DNA from: Callorhinchus milii
Lineage: Eukaryota
Length of the DNA: 64,000 nucleotides
Reading direction: 5' to 3'
Assembly: GCF_018977255.1 (NCBI RefSeq)
Contig: NW_024704742.1
Location: forward strand, 94,180,001-94,244,000
Both the position numbers and the translations under genes were made by a program. Shown in pieces: positions 23,331 to 36,369 of the stretch. The first letter of the stretch is position 1; each line of letters starts with the position of its first letter. The notes under the pieces are model-generated. The model saw only the letters and a list, made by a program, of their open reading frames with translations, was not told the DNA's origin and did no database searches.

Positions 23331-24706
23331 ATAATAGAATTGCTTCTAAACGGTGTTTCAAACTGAAGTAACTAAGTGGACTGGTTAGATATCTTTCATC
23401 AACTTTTCTTTAATAACAGTTTCAAATACAATCCTGAAAGGCGACAGAAAAATGAAGCCCAACTTATTAATACTGCAACAGCAGAATGGAACACACAAAT
23501 ACAGCAAAAAATCAGAGATTTTCACTATTCCATACAAGGAAATGCTTTTATGTTTATACCTTATACCTCGCCAGGAACTAGAGGAAATGAATAAACAGAT
23601 CTGACATTTGGCCAAAATATATTAACCCATGTTAACATTTCCAGGTTGTGTCTGCTTTGTTAGACACACAGACATCAATACACTTTGCAAGTTTCTTAGG
23701 AAATCAAAGTGAGCAATATATCAAATTCTAAATTCTTATACATATATATTTATGACAAACATTTTACCTAGAATCTCAACTATTGATCCTGAGAGTGTTT
23801 GCCTCTTAGTCTGACCAGTGTGCTGCAAATGCAGTATTTGTCTAATAATCGTTTTTGGATTCCATTTTACAAAATCTTCCTCTAGGGTTGGACAACAAGC
23901 AGATTTTGAAAACTCAAAACTCAGAGTTTGCAAATGTTAATATGTTTCACCTAATTTGGTGGTAGAGCTGATTACACAACTACATAGCATAAGCTACTAA
24001 ATATTTTGAATTCCAGTAAAAATGGATTTAGATTCACAACCTTTGAAACTGCAGTCATTGCCAAGTTGGGTAAAATGAGCTGACCCACTCCCTGACCTTC
24101 AGAGGGCCAGACTAGGCGGATGCGATTCCATTATGAGAATTAAAATAAATTACTTAACAAAACAATGCAATTCTATTTCTGGCATCAACCCCTGAAATGG
24201 CCTGAAACTATTTTGCTTGGATTAGAATGTCATGTCCAAGAAATACACATCACATCTGTAAAAACTGTATCAATTTCTATTAACTAAAAAAACTTGCCAA
24301 AACTGCACGTTCTAGATTTTCATTGTACAAACAATTCTATTTATTCAATATCCTGCATTATTTATTATTTGACTATACCTTCTTGTAAGCACAATACACA
24401 GGAGTGAGTGAAGTTATTCAAAGTACAATACAAAACAGAGCAAATTTGCCTAGAGTCATATTTGGAACCTTTCAGAAATGAAGCACTTTTAGCTCCTGAT
24501 TTCCATTCAGATTTTCCCTGTCTTGTTCTCCAATATGAATACAATTTTGACTCCATCACGCAAATGGATGAAAGAAACAACAAGGCTATTCATACCAAAC
24601 TATTTATGAAGAGAATTCAATAAACTAACAATCAACTGAACTGTCAAACTTGCCAACCCTGAAAAACAATGTGGAAGCACTGGAGAGCGATCAGTGTTCC
24701 TGAAGT

Positions 24707-25300
24707 CAATAACAACAAATTATATTTGTATAGCGCCTTTCACATCGGGAGGATGCCCCAAAGCATTGGACAGTCAGGGATTTGGACCCAAGCAGGGGGT
24801 TGAAGAGACGTGTCTTGAAGGAGGCAAGGGAGGGAGCGAGGCAAAAGGACTGTGGGATGGAATTCCAAAGCGTGGGTGCAGAGAGGCTGAAGACACGACC
24901 GCCAATGGTGGAGTGGATCGGAAAGGCGACATGAAGCAAGCTTGAGCCTGCTGAGCTGACAGGTTAATATGGGGTCAGCAGGTCACAGAGGCAGGAAGGA
25001 GCAAGGCCGTGGAGGGCTTTGAATGTGAGCACAAGGATTTTGAACCCTATCCTCTGGTGATGGTGGGGATGATAGGGCCACAGAGCCTGGTGTGGTAGAG
25101 GATACGAGCGGCAGAGTTCTGGATGATCTGCAGCTTGTGGAGGGAAGAGTTTGGAAAGCCGACAAGAAGTGAGTTGGCACAGTTGAGCTTAGATGTAATG
25201 AATGGGTGGATGAGGGTTACAGCGGCCTGAGGGGAGAGGCAATGGTGGAGTCGAGCGATGTTGTGTAGGTGGGAGAAGGCAGAGTGAATCATGGCAAGGA
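24707..25300 (-). mobile_element. L2 LINE 3' fragment
   Basis: AFSHLHNIARL...LQIIQNSAAR and PTLWNSIPQ; tail present. Confidence 0.82.
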
Positions 25301-25319
25301 TGTTCTATTAATGGATATT

Positions 25320-25760
25320 AAGAGTACAGCATAGGTTTACTGGAGATGATACCAGGCCTGGCAGATTACTATTTTCAGCTTAGACTATATAGGTTAGGCC
25401 TTTTTTCACTAGAGAACGGGTTTTCAAAATTATAAAATGGTTTGATAAAGTTGGCATAAATAGACTATTCCCACTTCTTGAAGCATCCATAACCAGGGAG
25501 ACACAAGTATAAGATAGTGACTAGGGGATCTAAAAGAGAATTTAGATGGAACTACTTAATGCAAAGAGTAGTGAAAATGTGGAGCTCACTACCCAAAGCG
25601 GTGGTTGAATCAGATAGTATGTTGAATAGTAGAATCAGATGCACTTAAGAGGAAGCTAGATATACATGAGGGAGAGGGGGATAGAAGGGTATGGAAGGAG
25701 CAAGGAGTGGAGTATAAACACTAGCATAGAATGGTTTCTGTGCTGTATAGTTTATAAAGT
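25320..25760 (+). mobile_element. Old CR1 LINE 3' fragment
   Basis: Degenerate similarity to 31860-32300 (gagagtagtgaaaatgtggagctcactaccc). Confidence 0.6.
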
Positions 25761-25989
25761 CTATATATATATGTTATCCAAAATCTCCTCCTGGATCTCT
25801 TGTGCCTGTTACTAAGTTTGAGGTATATCTTCCGTATTCAAATCTAGAACTAATCTTGAATTATTGTCATATTTTCCAGATATCAAGCAATAGCAGATTC
25901 TGGAAGGGTTCACTACATCTACTGAAATAAGGCAGATAATTCAACTAAAGAATGGTAATAGTGTATTTAATCATTGTGTGGCATTGTGT

Positions 25990-26305
25990 GGAGTCCTGTA
26001 GCTCAGTGGTTAGAGCACTCGCCTTGCAAGCGAGACACCTGGGTTCAATTCCAGGCAGGGCGAAACCTTGGGCAAGTTTCCTTACTCCACACGCCTAATA
26101 ATAATCCCTCCAAAAACAAAACAATAATAAATTGATCATTTTTAATCCACAACTGTTTGTGGGACACTGCTGTGCGCAATTGGCTGCTGCGTTTAGCCCA
26201 CAAAATATACAGTCAATTCACTTTACAGTCTATTCTGTGAAGCGCTTTGAGATGTTGAGAAGACGTGAAAAGCGCTATATCAAATGCAAGGATTATTATT
26301 ATTAT
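25990..26305 (+). mobile_element. tRNA(Ala)-derived SINE ('acctgggttc / gagaagacgtg' subfamily)
   Basis: Near-consensus copy. Confidence 0.92.
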
Positions 26306-26711
26306 ATATTATTATTTGTCCATCTAGAAGCACAATACTTGTGAGATTCTTGGTTTTCTGGGTTAAAGCCATGTCTCCACTCCTAAATGCCTCATTGAGA
26401 CAGACAGGCAGGTTATCCACCAAAAAATCCTTAATTTGCTGCACATCTGACCATCCTCAGAGCTAGGTCAAATCCAGGGTTACTCCACTTCTTCATTATT
26501 TCAAATGGTCATAATAAATAGTAATAAAATATTTCTACTAGTAGACAAGTCAGCAAGAGTGGCACAAGAATCACAAAAAGAATTCAGGGACGTTAGAAAA
26601 CAAGAGATACCAGAGGTATCCGAGTGGATGAGCAGAAGAGTGGAATAGGAGAAGATCACAGAGATAGGGAGATAGTTAAAGAATTCATATTTGATTGTGC
26701 AGACCTTTTGT

Positions 26712-27033
26712 GGAGTCCTGTAGCTCAGTGGTTAGAGCACTCACCTTGCAAGCAATACACCTGGGTTCAATTCCAGGCAGGACGAAACCTTGGGCAAGTT
26801 TCCTTACTCCACACGCCTAATAATAATCCCTCCAAAACAAAACAATAATAAATTGGTCATTTTCAATCTACAACTGTTTGTGGGACACTGCTGTGCACAA
26901 TTGGCTGCCGCGTTTCGCCCACAAATACACAGTCAATTCACTTTACAGTATATTCTGTGAAGCGCTTTGAGACGTCTAGAAGACGTGAAAGAGCGCTGCA
27001 TCAAATGCAAGGATTATTATTATTATTATTATT
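26712..27033 (+). mobile_element. tRNA(Ala)-derived SINE
   Basis: Near-consensus copy. Confidence 0.92.
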
Positions 27034-27034
27034 G

Positions 27035-27700
27035 AAGTCAATGCATTGGGAGTCAGGGAGCCAGTGAAGCCTGAAACTCCTGGGGTAATGGCATGTAAAA
27101 TTTGATGTAAGTGAAGATGAGGTCAGCAGAGATTTGTTTCAGCTGGAGCTTACGGATGGTGTAACTAGGGAGACCAAAAAGGCGTGTTTGAGAATTCAAG
27201 TAGGGAGGTAAAGATGTCAATGAAGGTTTCAGTGGCAGTTGGTGTGAGATGGAGATGGGCAAGTAAGATGAGGAGAAGGAGTCTTGGTCAGGGTCCAAAT
27301 GTGAGGAAGGAGGAAAGAGAACTGAGGATCAAACCAAACGGCAAGGTTGCAAATTGGTTCAGTGAGTTTGAGAGAGAGAGAGACCAGAGAGGTTGAGGAG
27401 GTCAAAACCTGAAGTGAGGAGACATCGTCAAAAGCCAAGGAGGATGGCTTCCTTGTTGTTCATGTTAAACTGCAAGAAATTCATTCATTCAGGTCGTGAT
27501 TTCTGAAATCACGAGTAGAAGTAGAAAAAAAATTTGGGTGTTATCCTCTTGCATGTGGAAGTTAACTCCAGGTCCACAGATGATGTTACCAAGTGAGAGC
27601 ATGTAAGATGAGGAAAAGAAGGAGGGCCAAGGATAGAGTCCTAATGGTGCACTGTAGATTAACTGGCTGAGGGTAGGAGAAGCCATTGGAGAAGTGGGGC
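27035..27700 (-). mobile_element. Old L2 LINE RT fragment
   Basis: VNFHMQEDNTQ (degenerate YADD region) and LTEPICNLAVWFDPQFSFLL. Confidence 0.7.
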
Positions 27701-28985
27701 TGCTGATTGGGGGGGGGTGTAATTGGACTTGGTCATCCCTGAATTAGCGAAGTGTTAGTTTCCTGCTCCCAGCCCTTCTCCTAGTAGGGGACATGGCCAG
27801 TAGCCATGTGAGTACATGTCAGGTTTGTCTGTAAGTCCCTCTACAGTCTAGTATCTGGTCAATACCCGATGCCAAGCTTTCTGATACTCTGCCCATACTC
27901 AACAGACACAGTATCAGGTAGCTAACATTTTGCTGGTTCTGACATTTAGTGCAGATGGGCAGTGTCAACTTATTAAACATGGAAAATTGATTATTAAATC
28001 GCTGATAATGGACAAGGTCAGATAAAATGTGGGTAAGTCCGATTTTAGCCCAGCTGTTGATCTGGGTCAGGAATATCAGGTACGAATATTTCAATGGCAC
28101 TGCAATGTTATTGGTTTCAGAAGATAACATTTAGCCAGCTGCCAAAGTAATGAGGCAACTAAGTTGTATTGAGGCAGTTACTGTATGATTAAAGGTTAAA
28201 TGAATAACTGTGCATCATTAGAGGTGAGGGATTAATGAATCTCAGATCTTTTGCAAAACTAGACATTTGCAGGTTTCAAAACAAACTTTGGAATTGTAAC
28301 TTATTTGAAATGTGAGCAGCACGTTTGATGTAACAGGAGTAATTGATCTGTATGGGAAATAAATGCAAGAACGGTAGAAAAACACTTTATCGATGCTAAA
28401 ACAATGATTTTTAAAATAGTGCAAAAATAGATATCTCAAGGCCATGTTTTTCAAAAAATCATGAATTGATTTTTTTTTAAAATTATGACACACATAGGCT
28501 CTTTTTAGGCTATTAGGACCAGAAATATCTTGCTCCACGTATTCGAGGCAGAGTACTATGACAATGCAATGTTTATGGAATCTGTGCTTCCATCAGACAC
28601 ACAAGAATTAAAAAGCCAGTCTTCAAGAACTTCATATCACAGGCTGGTCTTGTGATCTTCCCACCACTTAACTGTAATGTGGAATTATATAAGCACATTT
28701 CATGTAGAAAAACATCTCAAAGAGCTACACAGAGGCGGAGTGTCAGCCTGAGCAGAGTCAGAGATGGAGAGGGAGGTAGGTGACCGAACGCTTAATCAAT
28801 CCTATTTTGGTCAGCCGGGTGTCACATGCAGAAACCCATCATTGTGCTTAAGAATACTCAAGCAAGACTGATAAGAGTTTTGTGTATGCTACCTAAGCAT
28901 GGAAACTCATGTCTGGAATGGAATGCAGACTCTCTCTTCCCAAAAGGATGCACCCTGGTTACCTAATTCTGGAGTGTATTAGGAA

Positions 28986-29305
28986 AATAATAATAATAAT
29001 AGTCCTTGCATTTGATAAAGCGCTTTTCACGTCGGGAGGACGTCCCAAAGCGCTTCACAGAACACACTGTAAAGTGAATTGACTGTATATATTTGTGGGC
29101 GAACGCGGCAGCCAATTGCGCACAGCAATGTCCCACAAACAGTCGCAGATTGAAAATGACCAATTTATTATTGTTTTAGTTTTGGAGGGATTATTATTAG
29201 GTGTGTGGAGTAAGGAAACTTGCCCAAGGTTTCGCCCTGCCTGGAATTGAACTCAGGTCTCTCGCTTGCAAGGTGAGTGCTCTAACCACTGAGCTACAGG
29301 ACTCC
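28986..29305 (-). mobile_element. Young tRNA(Ala)-derived SINE
   Basis: Near-consensus copy. Confidence 0.92.
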
Positions 29306-29384
29306 AGGCAAGATCCAAGGCTTGGGGACTCCAGAGTGTGAGATGGGGTATTGCTGGAGTCTAACCAGCTAAAACTACATGGAA

Positions 29385-29512
29385 AAAAGAACACAAATGC
29401 TGGAAATCTGAAAACAAAAACAGAAGTCGCTGAGAACATTCAGAAGGTCAGGAGCATCTATGGAGAAAGGAAAGTGAGTCAACGTTTTGGGTCCACGACC
29501 CTTCATCAAAAC
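29385..29512 (-). mobile_element. Penelope-like element terminal fragment with a degenerate hammerhead ribozyme core
   Basis: Reverse strand reads TTGATGAA-GGGTC-GTG-GACCC-AAAACGTTGACTCACTTTCCTTTCTCCATAGATGCT...CAGATTTCCAGCA. A related fragment lies at 34191-34237. Confidence 0.6.
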
Positions 29513-30579
29513 CAAATGGCTTGCTGTTCAAAAGCACTGGCTGGTAAGCTTCCTGCTGCTTGTCCAACTAGGACCACGCTACCTAATAGGACTTTGGCTT
29601 ACAGGGTTAAAGAGCTAGGTGCTAAGAGTCCCTCCATAGTGACAAGCTTGCCCCTCCAAGTCTTGCCTATGAGCAAGGTTGGCAGATCTGTCATTAGCGG
29701 TGCACTGGATGGCTGCCTGGCTCAAGAAATGGATAATCAAGACTGCTGAAGCCCTTAAGTAAAACAGAAACATCTTCCATAAACAATAAATGCTCCAGTG
29801 ATACCAGGTCACAAAAACAACTGAGCAGAAGGAGGCCAGAAGAAATATTTTAGATTAAAATTGATCGGAATTTGAAAACTAAAGTCCATACCTAAATGTA
29901 GGTATCCACCACCCAAATCTATAAATGAGAGCCAGAACCCTTACAAATCTGGAACTAATACCTCACAAAAATGAAGTTGACTTGTTTTCATACTTGTAGC
30001 AAGTTTGTGTCCCAAGTTGTTTGGGGGGCATTGTTTTGTTAAGAAATCTGGTTGTCTTAGTTATCTGGCAGCACTGTGAAAAGTCTGCCTTTTAATAGGA
30101 CTTGTTTCTAATAGAAAATTTATTCTGGTCCAAAAAAATTATTGCACACTGTCCCACTGCCAAAAACAGTACTGTACGGTATATGTGCTGGCTTCAATCA
30201 CATAGCTGCCAATGGCGGTGAAGAGAGGATTGCCAGCATTGCAATTCATACATCTGGAATTTGGGAGATTAGAGACTTTAAAATCAGAAAGGAATCAGTG
30301 CAAGGGAGAATCTGAAGAGTAAAATGTGATATGCAGCTGGACATCTCCTTTTGTTCTTTTTATCCATTTTATCCTTTAAAAGTGCTAAATCAACAGATCC
30401 ATGAATTTGTCTGATTACAACATCAGTTAGACTCTTCTTTGAAATATGTAGGGCCAGCTGTAATACTTCAAACTAAATTCTGTCAGGGAGAGTAGCTTGG
30501 GGGGTGGTGGGGGGGTGGGGGGTGTCACAGGGTCTCCTCGGTGCTGAACAGGCTCCAAGGTACATAGTTGCCAACAGAA

Positions 30580-32341
30580 GAGTGAGAAAAAAGAGTATGA
30601 GGGTAAGCTAGCTAATGGGTACTTTGCATCTGTCTTCACCCGAGAAGACACAACAAGTCTGCCAGCAATAGAGATGCACCAAAGGGATAAGGACAGGGAG
30701 CAACTTGGGGAAATTTTCATTAGTAGAGAATTGGTGCTAGGGAAACTGTTAGCACTAAAAAGTGACAAATCCCCTGGTCCGGATGGCTTGCATCCCAGGG
30801 TTTTAAAAGAGGTAGCTTATGAGATAGTGGAGGCCTTGTGTCTGATCTTCCAAAATTCCTTGGATTCTGGAACAGTCCCCATGGATTGGAAGATCGCAAA
30901 TGTCACACCACTATTTAAAAAAGGTGGAAAGGAAAAGATGGGGAACTATAGGCCAGTTAGTCTCACATCAGTGATAGGAAAAATTTTAGAATCATTGATT
31001 AAGGATGTGGTAGTGCGGTATTTAGAGGAGCACAATATAATTAGGCCAAGTCAACATGGCTTTACAAAAGGGAAGTCATGTTTGACAAATCTCATAGAGT
31101 TTTTTGAGGATATTTTGAGTAAACTAGATAAGGGTGAATCAGTGGATGTGGTCTATTTGGACTTCCAGAAGGCATTCGATAAGGTGCCGCATAAAAGGTT
31201 AGTCCAAAAGATAAGGGCCCATGGAATTGGGGGAGCATATTAACGTGGATTGGGGAATGGTTAACGGGTAGGAAACAAAGAGTAGGGATAAACGGGTCCT
31301 TTTCAGATTGGCGGGATGTGACTAGTGGAGTGCCACAAGGATCAGTCCTTGGGCCTCAGCTATTTACCATCTACATCAACGATCTAGATGAGGACATCAA
31401 AGTTAATATATCTAAATTCGCGGATGACACAAAACTAGGAGGAAGTATCAAAACTGAGGATGATATTAAAGAAATGCAGCAAGACATAGATAGGTTAGGC
31501 GATGGGCAGGTAGGTGGCAGATGAAGTATAATGTAAGGAAGTGCAAAGTCATCCACCTAGGTAGCAAAAACAGTAGAGCGGGTTATTTTTTAGAAGGGGA
31601 GAGATTGGAATGTGTTAGTGTCCAGAGGGACTTGGGTGTCCTTGTACACCAATCACAGAAAGTTAGTCTGCAGGTGCAGCAGCAATTAGGAAGGCGAACG
31701 GTATTTTAGCATTCATTATGAAAGGATTAGAGTATAAGAGTAGGGAAGTCTTGCTGCAACTGTATAGGGCCCTGGTGAGACCACACCTGGAATACTGTGT
31801 GCAGTTTTGGTCTCCTTATTTAAGGAAGGATGTACTTGCCTTGGAGGGGTGCAGCGTAGATTTACTAGGTTAGTACCAGGGATGAAGGGGATGAGTTACG
31901 AGGATAGGCTGACCAATTTGGGTCTATATTCTCTAGAATATAGAAGAATTAGAGGGGATCTTATAGAAACCTATAAGATCATCAAAGGGCATGATAGAGT
32001 AGATAGTGGGAGATTGTTTCCCCTGGTTGGAGAAACTAAAACCAGGGGTCACAACCTTAAAATCAGAGACCAGCCCTTTCGCACTGAGTTGAGGAAGAAC
32101 TTCTTCACTCAAAGGGTGGTGAATGTATGGAACTCACTACCCCAAAGGGCTGTTGACCCTCAGTCCTTGAACATATTCAAGACTGAGATAGATAGATTTC
32201 TTATTGCAAAAGGGATTAAGGGATATGGGGATAAGGCAGGGTCAGGTTATTAGCTGGAGTTAGATTAGAAGATCAGCCATGATTGAATGGCGGGGCAGGC
32301 TCGAAGGGCCGAATGGCCTACTCCTGCTCCTACGTTATGTT
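30580..32341 (+). mobile_element. 5'-truncated CR1-clade LINE (RT domain and 3' UTR), several frameshifts
   Basis: [80 protein letters not shown]; 3' end gaagggccgaatggcctactcctgctcct. It is inserted into the unclassified repeat, with agaa on both sides. Confidence 0.95.
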
Positions 32342-32863
32342 AGAATGTCAGAATCAAGCCAGCCCTCTGTGGTCTCGATAATCCACTTCTTGAGCCAGAC
32401 TGATCTGCAATACTCCAGGGCACTGTTGATGACAGCACAGTGAGGCTGGTTTATCAACAGGACATGGAATGACAGACCAGTCACTGGAGGCAGGGACTCT
32501 TCACACTCAGCTGCAATTAACTTTGCAAGCCAAAGCTTTAACAGGTAGAGAGTGGTCTAGCTGGGCAAGCAGTGAGAAAACTTGCCAGATTAGTGCTCTC
32601 AATGGCAAGCTATGTGGTTTTAGTTGTTTAGACTCCAGCAATATCCCAACGCACACTCTACAAAGCCTTGGCTCTTGCCAACCTGCGCCTATTACTTTCC
32701 GGAATTAGGTAAGCAGGAGGCGTCTTCCAGGAAGAGAGTGTGCATTCCATTCCAATAAACATCTCTGGAATTTCTATATATATGTGGGATGATTGGAACT
32801 CTATTTGGTTGGATTAAGCAAGGTGATGGGATTATGCATGTGTCAGACAAATGGCTGACCAAA
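32342..32863 (+). repeat. Unclassified dispersed repeat (3' portion; 5' portion at 30530-30579)
   Basis: Collinear with 44605-45060; ends tgtcagacaaatggctgaccaaa. Confidence 0.8.
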
Positions 32864-32936
32864 GTAAAGGGATTGTATAAATTGGGAGACATTATATCAA
32901 ATGTGAGGATTAGGATTACAGCATTAGGTGACATTA

Positions 32937-33525
32937 ACAACCACAACAACAAAATTACATTTGTATAGCGTCTTTCATGTTGGGAGGACGTCCCAAGACG
33001 TTGGACACTCAGTGTTTCAGACCCGAACTGAGGGTCGGGATTGGGAGGGGGGAGGGCAGGGGGGAAAGCAGGGTGATTGAAAGCACAGTCGAAGAGGAGG
33101 ATCTTGAGATAGATCTTGAATGAGGCAAGTGAGGGGGTGAGGCGGAGGGACTGCAGGATAGAGTTCCAGAGGGTGGGGGCAGAGTGGCAGAGGGCCCACA
33201 CACCAATGGTGGAGGCGGGTGAGGCGGGGAACGTGAAGCAGGCTGGAGCCCGCTGAATGGAGGGAGCGAGCAGGATGGTAGGGGGTTAGGTAGCAGAGGT
33301 AGGGGGGAGCAAGGCCATGGAGGGCTTTGAAGATAAGGACCAGGATCTTGAACTGTATCCTCTGTGTGATGGGAAGCCAGTGGAGTCGGGTGAGGATGGG
33401 GTGATAGGGTCACGGAGCCTGGTGCAGAAGAGGACACAGCCTGCAAAGATCTGGATGATCTGCAGCTCATAGAGGGAGGAGTTGGGGAGGCCGACAAGCA
33501 GGGACTTTATACAGTCAAGCCTCGA
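32937..33525 (-). mobile_element. L2 LINE 3' fragment
   Basis: SRLDCIKSLLVGLPNSSLYELQIIQ and PTLWNSI; tail present. Confidence 0.85.
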
Positions 33526-33663
33526 TGGGGGAAAGATTGCAACAAAATAGGCAGACCAGAAAGAGAAAAGGTGTGTCTGGGACCAAGATGATCGTGGTCT
33601 TTTCAGACCATAACAGCTCACTTTCCCCATTCCCCCTCTCCCGTGACCATTACACAGGACTGT

Positions 33664-34137
33664 GGAGTCCTGTAGCTCAGTGATTAGAGCACTCGCCTTG
33701 CAAGCGAGACACCTGGGTTCAGTTCCAGGCAGGGCGAAACCTTGGGCAAGTTTCCTTACTCCACCCACCTAATAATAATTCCTCCAAAAAACAAAACAAT
33801 AATAAATTGGTCATTTTCAATCCACGACAGTTTGTGGGTCACTGCTGTGTGCAATTGGCTGCTGCGTTTCGCCCACAAATATACAGTCAATTCACTTTAC
33901 AGCACATTCTGTGAAGCGCTTTGAGACGTTGAGAAGACGTGAAAAGCGCTATATCAAATGCAAGGATTATAATACTGAACCACTGTGTCTCAGGCACTTC
34001 AGTAATTATCTGATCAAATCACAAATGTTTCAGAACACAGACACTGGTTGTCAATCCACACTTTTATCATGCTAAATGCTGGTTGATACTCGCATTTCAA
34101 AGTAAATATAAATTCGCTAAAATAATGTTAATAATAA
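33664..34137 (+). mobile_element. tRNA(Ala)-derived SINE with a ~165 bp 3' extension and a new TAATAATAA end
   Basis: The extension at 33971-34128 is almost identical to 723-881. Confidence 0.92.
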
Positions 34138-34190
34138 CCCAATATCCCCTGTCTTCTATCCCATTTTCTCCTTTGTCTTCCCTGCCCTAC

Positions 34191-34237
34191 CTCACTTTCC
34201 TTTCTCCATAGATGCTGCCTGACCTGCTGAGTGTTCT
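34191..34237 (+). mobile_element. Penelope-like repeat fragment
   Basis: ctcactttcctttctccatagatgctgcctgacctgctgagtgttct matches the reverse of 29431-29478. Confidence 0.55.
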
Positions 34238-34498
34238 TGATGTAATGAAAGCATGTATGAGGGTTTCGGCAGCCTGTGGTTTGAGACAGTGTTGGAGATG
34301 AGCGATGTGGCGGAGGTGGGGGAAGGCAGAACGTGTCATGGCACGGATGTGGGGTAGAAAGGATAGATGAGGGTCAAACAAAACGCCAAGGTTCTGGACT
34401 GGCTCAGTGAGGTGGAGTGTGCAACCATGGATGGTGATGCTGTCAGCGCCTGAGGTGTGGAGGTGCTGACAGGAGCCAATCAGGAGAGCCTCAGTCTT
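34238..34498 (-). mobile_element. L2 LINE internal fragment
   Basis: KTEALLIGS...[16 protein letters not shown]...AETLIHAFITSR. Confidence 0.85.
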
Positions 34499-35261
34499 AA
34501 AAAGCAAAACATATTTCTTGGCTATGATATGCCCATGACCATTTTTTATGTGCACAACTGGACGTGTTTGACTGCGGAAGTTATTGCAACCAAGCCTGAT
34601 CCTGTTCTCAACTAAATCAACAGACAGCAATGAGGAGCAAGAAGCCTCTCTGGCTGAGAGGCACTGAGGCCAAAAGTTTCTGTCTCCTCACTTTCAATTC
34701 CCTTAACAGCATCTGCCCTGCCTGAGATCAGCTAACCTGGCAAGGAGTGAGATTTGATTTTACAACTTTCTATGTATTTTAGATCAAGTGGTACTTTTAC
34801 TCACTAATCCATTGAGGCCTTTCCTATTATGTATAAGGATTTTTTTTAAAAAATACTAGTATTGGAATCTGCTAATATACAAATTTTCTGTAATTTATAA
34901 ATTTCATCAATCTTTTGAGTATTTGATTTAAGGAGATAGGTTAAAGACTTAGATTCAATGAGTTTTCTTCAATAAGAATAAACATGCTTTAATCTCCCTC
35001 TCAAAATTTTAAAATGGTGCTTTATAAAGGTAGGACCCAGGTTTGCATCACATGACTCTCACTCCACTCAGTTCTTTACTTTGGATACTTTAATAAGGGA
35101 AGATTGAGATTGTAAGGTCTCTCTTGTTTGCACATGTATGCCTGTGCACACACAGTTACATTTTTGTTCGAAAAATTCCAAACTATTCAAACAAGGGAAG
35201 TAGCTAACATGTGTTTCTCCAATTCCCTCACTTCTGGAACCCCAGCCACCGACCAACACTT

Positions 35262-35425
35262 GCATAGGAACATAGGAACAGGAGTAGGCCATTCAGCCCC
35301 TCGAGCTTGTTCCACCATTCTATTAGATCATGGCTGATCTGTGCCTCAACTTCATTTTACCCACCTTTGTCCCATATCCCTCGATACCCTTACGTAACAA
35401 AAATCTATCCACCTCAGTCTTGAAT
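35262..35425 (-). mobile_element. CR1 LINE 3' end fragment
   Basis: (CATAGGAA)2 followed by caggagtaggccattcagcccctcgagc, the reverse of the 32290-32335 tail. Confidence 0.75.
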
Positions 35426-36369
35426 TTGCCACCTTTTCAGTTTCAGAAATGTTAAAGAGTTTACTTTTCACAATGGAAAATTACAGCACAAAATAATACA
35501 GTAGTCGGAAACTAAAATGAATTTTAGATAAGAACATTTCAGAAGAAGGTAAGAATAATGATTTATGTATACTCTTGAAATGATGGATAATTTCTGAATG
35601 AAAGCTATTATATTCTACTGTGTGCATTTAAAATGTTGAAAACTGCAAATAACCTTTTGACCACTTTACATATATATCCAAAAAATAAACAATAACTAAC
35701 ACACTGGGAAGGAGAAATGACAGATTCACTATGAACATCCCTCAAGTTTCCATTCAGTCACACTTCAGTTGGAAACAGTAACAGAAGGAATTTGACCAAA
35801 AATAGAAAGCAAAGATATATTAAAAAAATTAAGCCTGCTTGATGCGTTTGTAAACGCTTTAAACAGTAGGTAGCTCGGTCACATCTGCCTAATTGCCCAT
35901 AACACACAAAGTCTGGATTTCTACACCACATCTGTTATTTTGATGTTTCCTGTAGGTTTTTTTTGAGGTAGCACTTTAACCAGTTTAATATACATTTCCA
36001 TGTGTCACCGATTATGCAACTGCAATTACTCATAGCAGTGAAAGAAATCATTGACTAAAAAGAAACAACTAAAAGAGACCTAAATGCCACTTTGTTCAAA
36101 CAGTTTGTATTTAACTAGTGCTGCATCCTCAATGTGTCGAAATAATGATTCACGATTCAACATGCTGTCTCCTACTCCAACTACCAGGACCTCCAACTGT
36201 AAAACTCCTCACCTAACTCAGTCTTTCCTGCCTCCTAGACTGCCTTTTAAAACACAAGTTTGGCATCACCTAACCTCTGCTCCTGATCTTACCTCATCCC
36301 CTCTCCCACTATTTCAACTTATTGGCCTTAGTCCTTTATCTGTAATTTTGCAACTGAAAAAGCAAGTTA

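Larger units (their letters stand above)
28808..29730 (-). repeat. Unclassified dispersed repeat split by a SINE and a Penelope-like fragment
   Basis: Segments 28808-28983, 29306-29380 and 29515-29730 are collinear with the reverse of 32342-32863 and 44600-45060. Confidence 0.75.
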
